A DNA stretch of 64,000 bases, from NCBI GenBank assembly GCA_964247055.1, contig OZ176053.1, positions 9,486,001 through 9,550,000 on the forward strand, given 5' to 3'. The notes under the pieces are model-generated. The model did not search any database and had not been told where the DNA came from. It saw only the letters and a program-made list of their open reading frames with translations. Source of the stretch: Paragordius varius. Taxonomy: Eukaryota; Animalia; Nematomorpha. A program made the position numbers and the translations under genes. Of this stretch, positions 24,001 through 36,739 are shown piece after piece (positions within the stretch are counted from its first letter, which is position 1; each line of letters opens with the position of its first letter).

Positions 24001-27000
24001 TTAAAAATGGACATATGATTCAATCAAATCGGAAAGAGTTCGCGCCAAAGTTTCAAGCTTAGTTAAATTGGTGTTAACATAGTGAACTAATTTATACAGA
24101 TGTAAGATGGTTAGGTAGTGCTGCATTAGAAAGATTAAGATAATTTTTACCACAAATATATCTATTTAATAGACGAAATTTATATTCACAATTAAAGATT
24201 TAAAATCGCTTCTTATCTTGCCTTTTGATGCAATATACCAGAAAAATTGCGCATTGTAAATCAATTAAAGAACAGTAACATTTTCTAATTTGACACAATC
24301 TGAAATGTTGCTGTCAAAAATATCGTTGATAATGCTTTTCTAATTAATTGTTTTGAGAAAAGATTTTTGTCAATACATAAACTTGAATAACATTTCCATC
24401 CTTTACCTCCGTTTATATATTGAAAGTAAAACTAAAATACCCCATTTTCTTAATTGCAAATTTGCCAATTTACAATGTCGAATCAGAGATTGTCAACATG
24501 TGAATCGGTTGAAAATTGTCCTGATGTGATATGAAATAAATAAGGAAACACTTGATGTTTCTTTAAAAAATATTTAAGAAGATTGACTATGCCATAATTT
24601 AAAAAGATTTTTAAAATTGGTTTCATTTGAAGTCAGCGCAATTCTCAGACAAAATTCTGATGTTTTTCAGTTAATTGTGATCTCTGTTTTGTTTTAATGA
24701 CATTCACATAAGAAAAAGCTGATTCACATAAATATGTGGATCCAAAAAAGAAATCAAAAAGCGTAGCAATTGTCCAAATATGTGGGTATTTATTTTTATT
24801 TAAGTTAAAAATTTAACAGGAAAAATAAGAAAAATAAATTATAATTTTGTGAAAAATATTTTTCTTACATTTCTTAAAAATTTTCAGACGGTCACGTTTT
24901 ATAATCTCGCGTGCACGAAGTCGACAGCCGTCGACCATTTGGCTACCCCTGTTTTGAATAATTTTGTATTTTTGTTTTTTTTTCAGGTAAAATTTTTTTT
25001 GCAGAGTCGCATGTTAGACATCCCTGATTACATGTGTCCATAAAATTGTTACAAATTTTTGTTTAAAAGATATAATGATAGTCGTTTATCACAATTACAT
25101 TCTAATTAATAGAGTTTTTGCTCTACATCTTCACATCAGTTATTTAGATTATGCTATGGTTATGGCATATGATATGCATAGTGCAAGTTGGGGAGAAAGA
25201 TACACAAATCATAATGCACCGTTATATAGTTCCCAACCAGATCCCTACACCACCGTAATAATTTTTGATATATTAATTAATATCAAAATAATAATGAAAT
25301 TTTTCCTTCTTTATCTAAAATATTAGGCAGGTTGCATGGAGGAATGGGTTAAAAAGGGCGTTGACAAGCAAAAGTTACTAGTAGGTATGCCATATTATGG
25401 ACGAACTTGGAAATTATCCGATCCATCACAATATGGTGTTGGGGCCCCTGCAATTGGTGTGGGATCAGGCGATGGAATATTAACATGGGATCAGGTCTGT
25501 TATAATTTAATCGAAAAAATTTTAAAGTTTAAGCAAAATTAAAAAATAAATAGGCAAGAGGCTTATACTTTAATGTAAAATATTTAAATATTTAACACAC
25601 CTTGTGGATATATTTGAAAGGGAGTCATGGGTTTGTTGACATCAAGGCATTATTCGAACAGTCAAAGAGTATCTTTGGATTAAATTATTAAGCCACATAT
25701 ATTGTTAATATAGATTATAAATTAAAAGTTGTTGCCTCGGTATTTAAAAATGTTAATTAATTCATTTTAATCATTGGGTAAAACCTTCTATATGCAAGGT
25801 GTAGCTATTTATGCGAGGCTCGGAACATATCGGCTTTATACTCACATTATTATCTTAGTATTTTACGGTTTTGTGTTTTAAACATTAAAAAATTTTAAAT
25901 TCTTTAAAGTAACCATATAAGTAATTATTATTTTAGCAAAGATCGTTGTCGATTTATTGCTTTTTCGAAGGTATATTTTCCTTAGTTTATTCGATTGTAA
26001 GCGAGTGCTTTTAGCTGTTGTAAAGAAAGATTGGTTTCTTTGTTTAGGTTTTCAATCCAGAGCATCTTGCGTCCACTCATTAGTTGGAATTTCAAGTCAT
26101 TAGCTCTGGTAATGTCAAAGTATGATAATTTTATTTTGAGGCACATGCCGATCATGTGTATCTCTGGATTTATTTTGTCAAGGATTATTTTTTATTTTGT
26201 CTTTCCAGGTGATTTGCAGTATCTTCCACCAGCACCACATTTCGAGGCGTTAATGTATCTTTCGTCATCCTTTTTTATTATTCAACTTTCTGACGCGTAT
26301 GGCATATTAGGGAATATTAGATATTTAACTAATCGGATTTTTTTTTGAGTTTGATGTCATGTGACGACCATAGTTTATTATATTTTATCATTTTTGATTT
26401 AGCGATTCCTATTCTTCTTCTGATGTCGGGCGTGCTGTTGTTAGTCGTATTTATAAGACTGCCTAAATAAGTGCATTGGAGACTTTCGATTTTTCGGTTG
26501 TCAAAGGATAAATTGTTGTAAGGATTCTAAGCGTTTATATTCATAATTTTAGTTTTTTTGTAGTTGATCGTCAGAAGAATTTTTGACATTCGGTTGAAAA
26601 TTCTGTTAAGAGTTTTTTTAGGTTGTCCACTGAATTTGACAGCAGTATAGTGTCGTCAGCATAGTGAAGTGATGATATAATATTGCCGGCGATGCTTAGG
26701 CCATTAGCTTTATCTATATTTCTTAATACACTTTTATGCAAACGTTATAAAGAGTCGGTGAAAGGACGCATCCTTGTCGTGAACCATTGTTCATTCGTAT
26801 CCAATTACTTGTGCCGTGTGGGATTTTTATGGTTAATGATGAATTGGAGTAAAGGCATTTGATGATGTTTATAATATGATCTGATACTCCAATCTGAGAT
26901 AGTGCCTTCCACAGCGTGTCGTGCTTCACGCTGTCGAAGGCCTTTGAAAATCAATGAAGCAGATATGGGTTTCTTTCTGAAAATTTGTTTTTTAAATATC

Positions 27001-29723
27001 CAGCGTATATTGCTAATCATGTCCCTGCATCCGCAATTGATTCTAAATCCCGCTTGGGTGTTAGAAAGTTCGGCTCCAATTATGCCTTGGATACGCCTGT
27101 GAATTATTAGAAAAACCTTTCAGGCTTGGGTTAGCGCTATAGTTATTCTATAGTTGTTAAATGATTTAGGATCGCTTTTTTCAAGAGGGGATGAGTATTG
27201 ATTTGCACCAATCTTGGGGGAATGAGGCGTGAGCAAAAATCTTTTGGAAGTCAGTTGGATATGAATTGGGAAACGAATGAGTTCGGTTGAGATATCGTTG
27301 TACCCCTCAGATTTGTTGTTTGGGGAATGGTTAAGCGCCCATTCAACTTTTTCTTTGATGATCTGCGGGTCATGTTGATAGATATTACTGTTTTTATCGG
27401 CGTTTGATAGGCTGGTGCCGTATAGTTTTATTAAGTAATGTTCCCATTGTTCCACCAGTGTTTTTTTGTAATGATATCTCCATCTTCCTTTCTCATTGGG
27501 CCTTTGTAGCTTTTAGACCTACGTGGGGCAATTTGATCTACTTCAGCAAAGTAGTTGTTATTATATTTAGCAGCGTTTTCTGATTTTGAGCACAGCTGAT
27601 TGTAGTGATCATTTTTGTCGTCCCAAGCGCTTTTTTGGAACTCTGCGTTTTGTACTCTCCGTATTATTATTGCGTTTTGCTTGGCGCCGTTTGTCCGCTA
27701 AATCTAAACTTTTTTGTGGTAGCTATTTTGTTATGATGGGATTTTTGGATAGGGATGCATTCTCTAGCTGTAGTTCTAGTGATATTTTGTATTGTTTTCC
27801 AAAGATTTTTAGTTCGTCAATTTCAAGTGTTTTGAATCTGTTTTCAAGTAACAAAGGAAATTTGGGGGAGATCGCAGAAAAATCTAATTTAGGTATGCTG
27901 AGAATTTGGTTTGCGTGAGAGTACTAGTTTAATTTTTGGTTTATCTACAAGGAGATTATGATTAGAATAACAGTCAGAACCAGGGTAGGTTTTTATGTTC
28001 ATAAATGAAGATTTATATTTTTGCATAAAACAAACTAATATTCGATATTATTTCTGAAAAATATAATTAGGACTTCAATATTTAACATGGAAAAATGGTC
28101 TAGTCTAAATAATGTTTTATAGAAAATCGTTCTTTTAAGGTTTTTTGTGTGGACTGACTAAAAGCTCCATTATCACAGTCTTTCGTATATATAAACCATT
28201 TACACAATTCGCTAGCTTACACAGTCCGCATGGAATGAACATTGGGATGCAATAGCCATGGTACCATATAACGTAAGAGATAATGATTGGCTAAGTTTTG
28301 ATAACGAGAAGAGTTTGCAACACAAAGTAAGACTCATTATATTTTAAATTATTTAATGAATTAAAACTCATCGAATCATCAAAATATATGAAAAATATTT
28401 TAGATACAATTTGCATTTGATAATGGTTTCCCAGGCGTAATGATTTGGGAAATAACATATGACAAAACACAATATTTGGCAACTGCAGTTAGAAATATAG
28501 TTGATACTGTATGGAGTGGAAACACTAACACATTCCCTACCCAAACTCCACCTATAGTCACAACACCGGAAGGATCTACTACTGTAAAACCAGGATGCGA
28601 ATCCGACCCTAATGTTATCTGTCAATCTTCGAGCTATTCAAATAACAAATACCCACCTGATTGCAAGTCAGTTCATTTTTTTATTTTCATCTATTTGATT
28701 TTCCAGATAGAAATAGTTTTTATTTTTATTAATAAAACAAAGTAAAAAACTAGGTATTTAAATAGAAGGCGACATCTCGGCGTAAGTTTGATATCAATGA
28801 GTTTAGAGTAGTTGGCCTAATAATTGCGTAGATATATTAGCGTATCAGGATTCAAAGTTCATCCAAAACCCAATTTTGTTGCAGTATTTACCACATGTGG
28901 TATTGTAAGATAGGTTTTAATGAGTCCTTGACAAAACGCGACTCACACTATGACACATGGGGAACACTACCAATTATTCGGAGTATTGAGTACTAGGTAG
29001 GATATATTAATGTATCTAATATGCAATCGTGGACCAACTACTCCTAACTCCTATTATCTAATGCAGGGGTATCCAACACAAATGACTTCGCGGACCGCAT
29101 TTTTGACTCAAAAAACCCGGAGGGCCGCATTCGAAATACCGGGCGTTCATAAGAAATTTATTAGATTTTAAAAAACTGAAAAATGTAAACATAGTATAAC
29201 ATTTTTTCTAGTTCTAGCCAATTGGATAGACTTATTTAGAAAAAATGTTTAGAAAATATCAATTTGTGTATTTTTATAATTTATGGATTTCCAAATTTTT
29301 AGCGCTAAAATTCTCAGGGGAGGGGGGGGGGGGTGGAAGGCGTGTTGGTCACTTCTGATCTAATGCATAAAATGTTTGATAACAAAAATAAAATTTATAA
29401 ATATATTTAAATGGTAGTTTGTTAGTTTTATGTTAGTACTCATTTTATTATGAAAATCAGTATTCAATTTATAAAAGGAATGCATGTCTTAAATTAAATA
29501 CCATTTAATAATAAAAAATATATTAAAATGGGTGTATGATTGTTTCAATTGGCCAACGTTAAATACGCAGAGGTAAAATCGTAAAGTCTTACTTTAATAC
29601 AGAAAATATGTATCATGTAATAATGGTGTGGGATGGTTGATGGATTGCCCTCCTGACTTGGAATTTGATGAGAAAGCACGAGCTTGCAATTATCCAGAAT
29701 TAGCAATGTGTTTACCCTGTTAG
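21014..29723 (+). CDS. Secreted GH18 chitinase with Thr/Pro linker and C-terminal CBM14 chitin-binding domain, 463 aa, 11 exons
   Basis: join(21014-21089,21645-21704,21754-21900,22030-22123,22148-22286,22349-22446,25140-25254,25327-25494,28216-28326,28404-28666,29603-29723) = 1392 nt. Signal peptide MKFVALFLILWYPVFG; THLIYAF, KILPSVGG, HGIDIDWEYP (DxDxE intact), MAYDMH, NAPLY, GMPYYGRTW, WLSFDNEKSL, GVMIWEI; six-Cys CBM14; AATAAA just after the stop. Confidence 0.94.
23557..24951 (+). mobile_element. Decayed hAT-Charlie/Buster-type transposon in chitinase intron 6
   Basis: Ends CAGGTTGGCCAG... and ...TTTGGCTACCCCTG; internal YTDVRWLGSAALER (about 24095-24135) and degenerate C-terminal Charlie-like segments. 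Confidence 0.68.
25950..28000 (-). mobile_element. 5'-truncated, frameshifted RTE-clade LINE in chitinase intron 8 (antisense)
   Basis: KTYPGSDCYSNHNLL (endonuclease end), EQWEHYLIKLY, NNYRITIALTQA, QAGFRINCGCRDMISNIRWI, FQRPSTA/HDTLWKAL, GSRQGCVLSPTLYN, YADDTILL, GRKMLWIENL. Confidence 0.9.
29064..29357. mobile_element. hAT MITE with perfect 8-bp TSD (chitinase intron 10)
   Basis: ATCTAATG|CAGGGGTATCCAACAC...GTGTTGGTCACTTCTG|ATCTAATG; homologous to 49557-49859. Confidence 0.87.
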
Positions 29724-30639
29724 ATATTTTTAATTAAAAATAAATAAATGATGTGTTGCATGCAAATTGTCTTGATAAAAAAATCTGATCGCGTATAGCC
29801 ATTAAATTTTTCCTCGTTTTTGTCGTAATTTAAGCTGTATTTACTGGAAATAATTCTAAGTAAATAACTATTTTATTTATATAATACAGACAATATATTC
29901 AACCCAAGATTTTATTAATAAGTTATTTTAAGTGAGAAAAAAGTTATAGCACACCGTGCTCAGCGAAAAATGAATGCTTATGGATCATATATCTTTCGAT
30001 AGCTAAAGGCTTCAGGATAATAAGTATCGAAATTATGAAAGCAGTTAAAATACTAGAAAAAAAGATATTTTTCATTTTTATGATATTAGCCAAAATCAAA
30101 AAATAGCATTTTTATCGCATATTAGGTCAAATAAAATTAAATATTATAGAAAATGTCGACTGAAATTTGTTAAAATGTGCCACAAGGATAATCTAAACGT
30201 AAAATATTATCCATAAAGATTTTACAATTTTTCTAAGTATCCTATAAAAATTTACCAGAATAAAAGCTGAGAAATCGCACTTTGGCGTCAAGTTTGTATC
30301 AATTTGTTAATAGGCGGTAGAAGATTTTAATTTTTATTTGACTAATCATATATTTCTCCATATATAGAGTTAACCCAATATATCGCGTTCAAAAATAATT
30401 TAAGACTTATATAAAAAAAAATTTTTTTTGATACTTTGCACCAAAGCGGTTCAAAAATTTTTTACAAAATATCCAAATAATATATACGATTCAATGCAGA
30501 AAAAACATCTATCATCTTAGTTTAATGATTTTGGAAATTTTCTTACCGATAATTTTGATTATATATTTTTTAAGACATTTTGGCTTTCAATCTCAACTTT
30601 AGCATAGATCCCTAAATCAAAAACTGAATCGATAGATCT

Positions 30640-31645
30640 TTTTGTCTGAATCAAATTGTATAAAAAGGTATTAAATATATTTTGGATGTTTTGTAATATA
30701 TGCTACTTCCGATTTGGTGCAAATTATCTGAGCACATTATGCTAAATTATTTTTTCGGTGAAGATATTTAAAAAGCAAAACAATATTTTTACAAAGTTTT
30801 GTTTTATGATGTCGGCTCCGAAAGTCTAAATTTTTTGACCATTCTAAATTCGGCTTTTTCCTAGATGAACATAATGCCGAGATTGCGCGATTATAATTTT
30901 TTTAATGCTGGATCGATACATCAAAAAAAATATTTTTGAAAAAAATGCATAATTTGTATAAATTTATTTTTTAGCGAAATTTCAATGAACCATATTTTAT
31001 GGTATTTTGGAGCATGACCGGTATAAAACTTTAAAACTTAAGATAAACAATTTTTTATTTAATTCTATGACGTTAAACATGTCTGTCACCTCAGAATTTT
31101 GAACGTTTGGCAGTTTAAATATAAATAGGATTATTTTGAAACCAAATAATATATTTAAGTTTTTGAAGACGAACATGATATAAACAAGTTCTGAGGTTAT
31201 GATATGTTCACCATCATCAAAATGTTTTTATAACATCTGAAAAAGTCTGTTAACGTTTTCTTCATGATATAAACCATAAAACATAAACAAATTTTTAAAA
31301 AAGTATGCATTTTTTTAAAAATAATTTTGTTTGATATCTAGCATATATAAAAAAATTTATTGCGGAATCTCGCCCCTCTTGTGTATTTTTTATAAAGACT
31401 AGCATATTATGGAAAAAGTTGATATGAGATTTTCTTACCCCACATAAAAATATGTTTTGCTTTTTAGGAATTGTATTAAATATTTTGGTGATATTTTTTC
31501 AAAAGCATTTAGCTTTCACCAAAATTTTATATTGCATCATGTGCAAAAATTTTACGTGATGTGGACCAATTACCACAAAAGTAATAAATTTCTTATATTA
31601 GTATAATAAGCTTCAAAACCAAATATCATGATCCTGATACATTTA
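30640..31645. mobile_element. Foldback element copy
   Basis: Arms with atgccgagattgcgcgat / ttgcggaatctcgc, aaaatgcata / tatgcatttt, and right end catgatcctgatacattt as in the other copies; left boundary approximate. Confidence 0.55.
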
Positions 31646-31669
31646 TCTATCAGTATATGTATCATATTA

Positions 31670-32257
31670 CTAGCGTAAATCTCGTGCTGCTACGCAGCCC
31701 GAGGAAATTCTTCGGACTTTCTGGGGGGGGGGGGGGGGGCTATTTGAAAAAAGGACAATAAAATGATCATATGTGGATTATTTCGAAACATTAGTTAATA
31801 GCTATGATCTCATAGGAATTTTAAAACGGTGCATTCATACTAATATATTGTTTACTTGGGGGAAAAATAGATTCAAAAAATTATTTTTGTGGATTTTGTT
31901 TTTTTAAAAAAATTGGCATATTACGGGGGGAGCGGGTAAAAAGAGGGCCTAAATTAAAAAAGCGAGCCGACTATGTTAGGCGATCGAAAATAAGTAAACA
32001 AAAATCAAATTTGAAATCGAATGGTCCAACACGTTCTCCGCAAAATTGTCTCAAATACACGATTTTTATGGACTTCTGTTTTAAAAATAACCCGTTTTTC
32101 ACACGGAGTGGGCCCGAACTGGGGGCCTATTTCAAAAAAAGGGCGAAGCTATTGTCGGGGCATTCATTAATGATATTTTTTCGATGTTTTGATTTGAATG
32201 GGTCTAGTTTTCCGGAAACAGATCGCAAAGCCAGCATTTTCCATTTTTATATATAGA
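31670..32257 (-). mobile_element. Non-autonomous Helitron
   Basis: Minus strand: A|TCTATATATAAAAATG at the 5' end; GC hairpin CTCGGGCTGC-GTA-GCAGCACGAG a few nt before a 3' CTAG|T; inserted between A and T. Confidence 0.75.
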
Positions 32258-32532
32258 TTATAATGTTCTAATAATTCTGTGATCCTCGAAATTCCTTAAA
32301 ACATTTATAGCATTTAATTAAATAATTACAAAACAATATATCAAAAGGCGATTAATCATAATTATTAGCTCTACATTAAATCATATTTATTAATGTAAAT
32401 TATGCGTTTTCTAAAGCTAAATATATAATGAAATTTAAAGAGTCTTTATGGATTTCAAATTATTCATAATATTATAAGGCTAGATGCTCATAAATTATTT
32501 TTATAGCAATCACTATAATTATTCCTTGATTT

Positions 32533-34005
32533 TTAAGCCTCTATTGGGGGTTGTTGATATCGCCCATAGTAAATTATATGGCCCGTACTTCGGTGTACCA
32601 CCATATGAATGAAAGGTCGGTTGATAAGAATTCCAGTTGGCAAATTAGTATTAACAGTACTACCACCTGTGGCACTCGCTGCTATAATACCCTCTTCATT
32701 CAAGGCAAAATTGGTTTTGTGAATAATTTTATTTAGTTTGACCGTTTTTCCAACCACCATTTTGTTTAACCTAAATAGAAAAGATAGATACTCTTATACA
32801 TGTATATGAATATATAATTGGAGAATGCATAAGAAGTTTTTAATTTATATCATCCTAAATTGTTTAAAAGGAATAAAACAAGAATGATATTTAAATTGAA
32901 AATTGGCTGTATTAAGAGGACGCTAAATCATGGATTACATCGAACGTATATCAAGCGCTGTCAAATTCAATTAATCAAATTAAAAACTGCACCAATATTA
33001 TCAAAATTAAGTAGTTACAAACCGTTTTTGGCAAACCAATTCTTTTGGAAGAGCTTTCATCACGTCAATATCTGATATTTGATTTAGCACAGGGACATAA
33101 AGTAGAGTTTTTGACACTTTTTTGATTTTTAAGATTTCTTGTTTAAAAACATTGATAGATAAGCTTTTATCTACCTGGCTTAATGTTGTATTGGCATAAG
33201 GCAACAAGACAATCCAACTAAATTCATCATTAAAATCCAAGCGAATTAATGTTGAATTAATTTTATTAGAATGTGAGAAATTGACATCCCCAGAACGGTA
33301 CATAAACTCCGTGGAAACACTGTTTTCGATTCCATAAAACGTTCCCCCGTTTGTACTAAAAATAGAATGGAAAATAAAAAATAATTGATATTATATTTAC
33401 ATTAATTAAATATATGATAGTTAATTTTACTCTTCAGGATCGAATGGGATTCTCCAACTGCTTTTAAGGTATAAAGCATTAACAATAAAAGCCTCATAGT
33501 TGCTATCTATAGAATCGAAAACGGAAGGAATTAAGCCTTTGGTCAGGCGTGAGACCCGGGAATCCACAAATTTTTTTACTGCATTTTCTGAATAATTAGG
33601 TGGAATCGATATAAAATTTCCTTTAAAAATGTTAATTAAAGCGTGTCGAAACTGTGGTGAAATGCCTGCGGTTTGTTTTTTGACATACACATCATTTACT
33701 AATATAAAGTCTGTGTGGTTTCGTTTTTTTGCATTTAATTTGTTTAAACTGGCAACAACGTTAGGATAATGCATTGGTAGAGCCAAACCGGGGATAGACG
33801 GAGAGCAATCACTTCCGTTTTGTATAATAGATAATGCATTACCCAAAGATAATGGTGAAAATACATAATTTATTTGAGATGAAACATGTTTGCTATTGGC
33901 TATGGCCGAACTAAGTAATAGATCATAGTAAAAATTTTGAGGGATATTTTGCCCATTTATGCCAACCATCAACACCACTATACAAAGAGTGAAATAAGGT
34001 ATCAT
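32533..34005 (-). CDS. Secreted serpin A, 381 aa, 3 exons
   Basis: complement(join(32533-32770,33023-33355,33431-34005)); signal peptide; NYVFSPLSL, NALYLKSSWRIPF, IHKTNFALNEEG-IIAASAT hinge, INRPFIHMV, IIYYGRY; AATAAA downstream on the minus strand near 32390. Confidence 0.93.
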
Positions 34006-34074
34006 ATTATGTCCAAGCTGAAAATTAAAGATATGATTTATAAATGAAATATTTAGCTTTTTGTAGAAAAACGG

Positions 34075-34153
34075 ATAACCAAAACCGGGTTACTGCGCAA
34101 TCGAATATATTTACTTATCTTTTGAACATTTGCGTATCTATATCATGCCAAAA
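34075..34153 (-). promoter_or_regulatory. Conserved upstream blocks of serpin A (candidate promoter)
   Basis: A 28-nt block (34075-34102) and a 35-nt block (34119-34153) are identical to 40743-40770 and 40790-40824 upstream of serpin B; TATA-like TTTATAAA about 35 nt before the ATG. Confidence 0.6.
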
Positions 34154-34689
34154 CAAATAAACGACATTTATCATTTAACTCAGGAACATTTAATAAAATT
34201 TATGGTACGTTAACTTTCTCGCTAATTGATATAGTTAATAACGTAAATGCAATATAACAAAATAAATATTGACCTATACCCTACCTTACTATATTCGAAT
34301 CCCAATAAAATAGCGTCAATGCCAAATAATTGAGAGAATATTTATCTGTAATTTCAAATTTTAATTTGTATTAAATTTGTTGTATTGCAATTATTTTAGT
34401 GTATTTTTGTATATCAAATCAATTAGGCATACTTAAATTTTTTCTCGTATACCATATCAGTGTTAAACATTAAAGAATTCTGAAAAAAATACTTTCCTAA
34501 ATTTGGAACCAATTATTTTTATAGATTTTTATATTCAAATAAAGTATGGTTACACGGCGTAGGTGACTTAGAACCTCAAATTTATATTACGCCTTGATTT
34601 AATATTTTTAGTAGTTAAGTCAGTTATTATCAAACCTTCTCATTTATAAAACAGTGTTTTTTCATCTATATTATATATCTTTAACTTGT

Positions 34690-35346
34690 TCAGGCTCACA
34701 ATATATTATATTACTGGGTTTTGTTAGTTCATAGTACCACTCCGAGGTTTAAAATATGATGTTCCTGATGAAGTTATGTGGCTTTGCGTTGATGGACCGG
34801 TTAGATAGAATTAAGCCACTATTATATCTGCTTCGAATTTATAAAATAAAATTCCTTCTCATCGTCCTTCAGTATTCGATGCTAAAAATAATTCCTTTTA
34901 TGACGTTAAAACAGGATTTTACAAGTCGTATTCCATTTTCGATCAAATTCTATAAATGTGTGGAACTCATTTACTGAGTTTATCCTTCTCATTGCTGGTA
35001 GACGTCTACAGATTTTTTGTGATATATACATGTAATGTGTTGAGTTTTTTGATATTAAATACCTGATCGTCTTTGCAGTCGTGGTTTCACCACAACACCC
35101 AGTCTTTCCCATTTTCAAAAATATAGTTTATGTTATTGAAAACCAATGATCATCATATGCTTCTACCCGCAAACGCCTTTGCATGCCGCAAATGCTCTTT
35201 TTCAGGCACAAAATTCGACATATTTAGTGAAGAACAGTAAGACGCTAACATTTGGCCGATCTTTCTTTGTAGTTTAATGCCAGAGGAAATCCTTCAAATT
35301 AATCGTGTGTCTACTTTGACTAACGGCTTTTCTTGGTTGATCCGAT
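34690..35346 (-). mobile_element. Decayed mariner element (second copy, 3' part missing)
   Basis: MSNFVPEKEHLRHA starting at 35221, then ISQKICRRLPAMRRI...TTCKILF*RHKRNYF*HRILKDDEK; upstream caaattaatcgt.tgt shared with about 17110. Confidence 0.75.
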
Positions 35347-35371
35347 AATAACTAATCACTACATCTGGTAA

Positions 35372-35665
35372 ACCATTTCCTTAAATCACCCTTGTTTTAA
35401 CACTCATTTCAAATTCACCCTAAAACGAATTATGTATATTTAATTATCAAAATTTACCTATGTTTTTTTAATTTTTAGAGATGAAACTTTATTTAAATCA
35501 ACATAATACATAATATACTATGCCATTAACAGTTATTTTATATCAATGAAGTAAATTAGCCCAAATACATTAATTATTTGGTGAAACCAGGGGATAAAAT
35601 GAGTCAGGGTGAATTTTAATTGTTCAAGGGTGATTTGAACTGTTCAAGGGTGAATTGGAGGTATT

Positions 35666-35713
<48 letters not shown>

Positions 35714-35952
35714 ATTTCAATTCAACACCAATTCACCCTAAAAATAAATTATGTGTTTTCGGGTGATAACTCATTATTAATATAAAATATATCTTATTTT
35801 TTCAATATTATTTAGATATAACAAAATATAGGTAATTTTTAATTTAAAAAAAAACATAATTTATTTTAGGGTGAATTTGAATTGTTCGAAGGTTATGAAT
35901 TGGTCAAGTAGAATTTGAATTGTTCAAGGGTGAATTTGAAATATAAATGGTA
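35372..35952. mobile_element. Two tandem copies of about 250-290 bp palindromic MITEs separated by (TA)n (35666-35711)
   Basis: Each copy starts CCATTT...AATTCACCCT and ends AGGGTGAATT...(A/G)GGTA, with repeated AGGGTGAATT/TGAATTGTTC units. Confidence 0.6.
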
Positions 35953-36059
35953 TATATATTATACTTATCCTATACAATTCAATACATTTAAAAACTCTGT
36001 GACAAGGTTAATAAAAATACAATAAGAAAATCAAATATTAAAAGTCACTAAATGGGAAC

Positions 36060-36310
36060 TAAAATAAAATGAAAACGTACAGAGGGCACATTTTAAAAAG
36101 CACATCCCTAAAGAAGGATTTTTTATTTTTGGGAAAGTTGAAAGGAAAAGGAAAAAAGGGAAGACCAATGTTAAGATGGACACTTTAAAGAAAAAATCTG
36201 GTAGATGTATAAGTGAATTAAAGAAATAGCATGGTAAAGAGACAAGTGAGGAGACCTAGTCATTTTAATATCCAAAGGGTCGAACTCGACAAGGAATTAC
36301 CTACCTACCT
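36060..36310 (+). mobile_element. 3' end of an RTE-clade LINE
   Basis: LGKVERKRKKGRPMLRW..., ending in a short (TACC)n tail near 36297-36308. Confidence 0.6.
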
Positions 36311-36739
36311 TAAAAACTCTTATCGACTCAGTTTTTTGATTTAGATTTCTAAAAGCCGGAATCAAAGTAGCAATTGATTCAAAATATTTAATTAAAATTT
36401 TCAAATCCTATATCATAAAACTGAGATGATAGATGTTTATTTTGCATCGAATTGAATAGATGAAGATAATAAATATATTTGTCATTTTGTAAAAGGTATA
36501 AGCGAATTCCGCTTTGATGCAAATTATTCTCTTTTCTATAAGGTTTAAATCATTTTATACGATATATTGGGTATATAGATACTAAATAATAAATGTTAGT
36601 AAAAATAAATATTTTTTTGATTGAATAGTTATGATTCAAATTAGACCTTTGAAAAAAAAATTACTGACATTTTTTTACATTTAGAATCATCCTTATGATA
36701 CGTAGCATTAAATAAAATTTAGTTGTCATAACATTTCGT

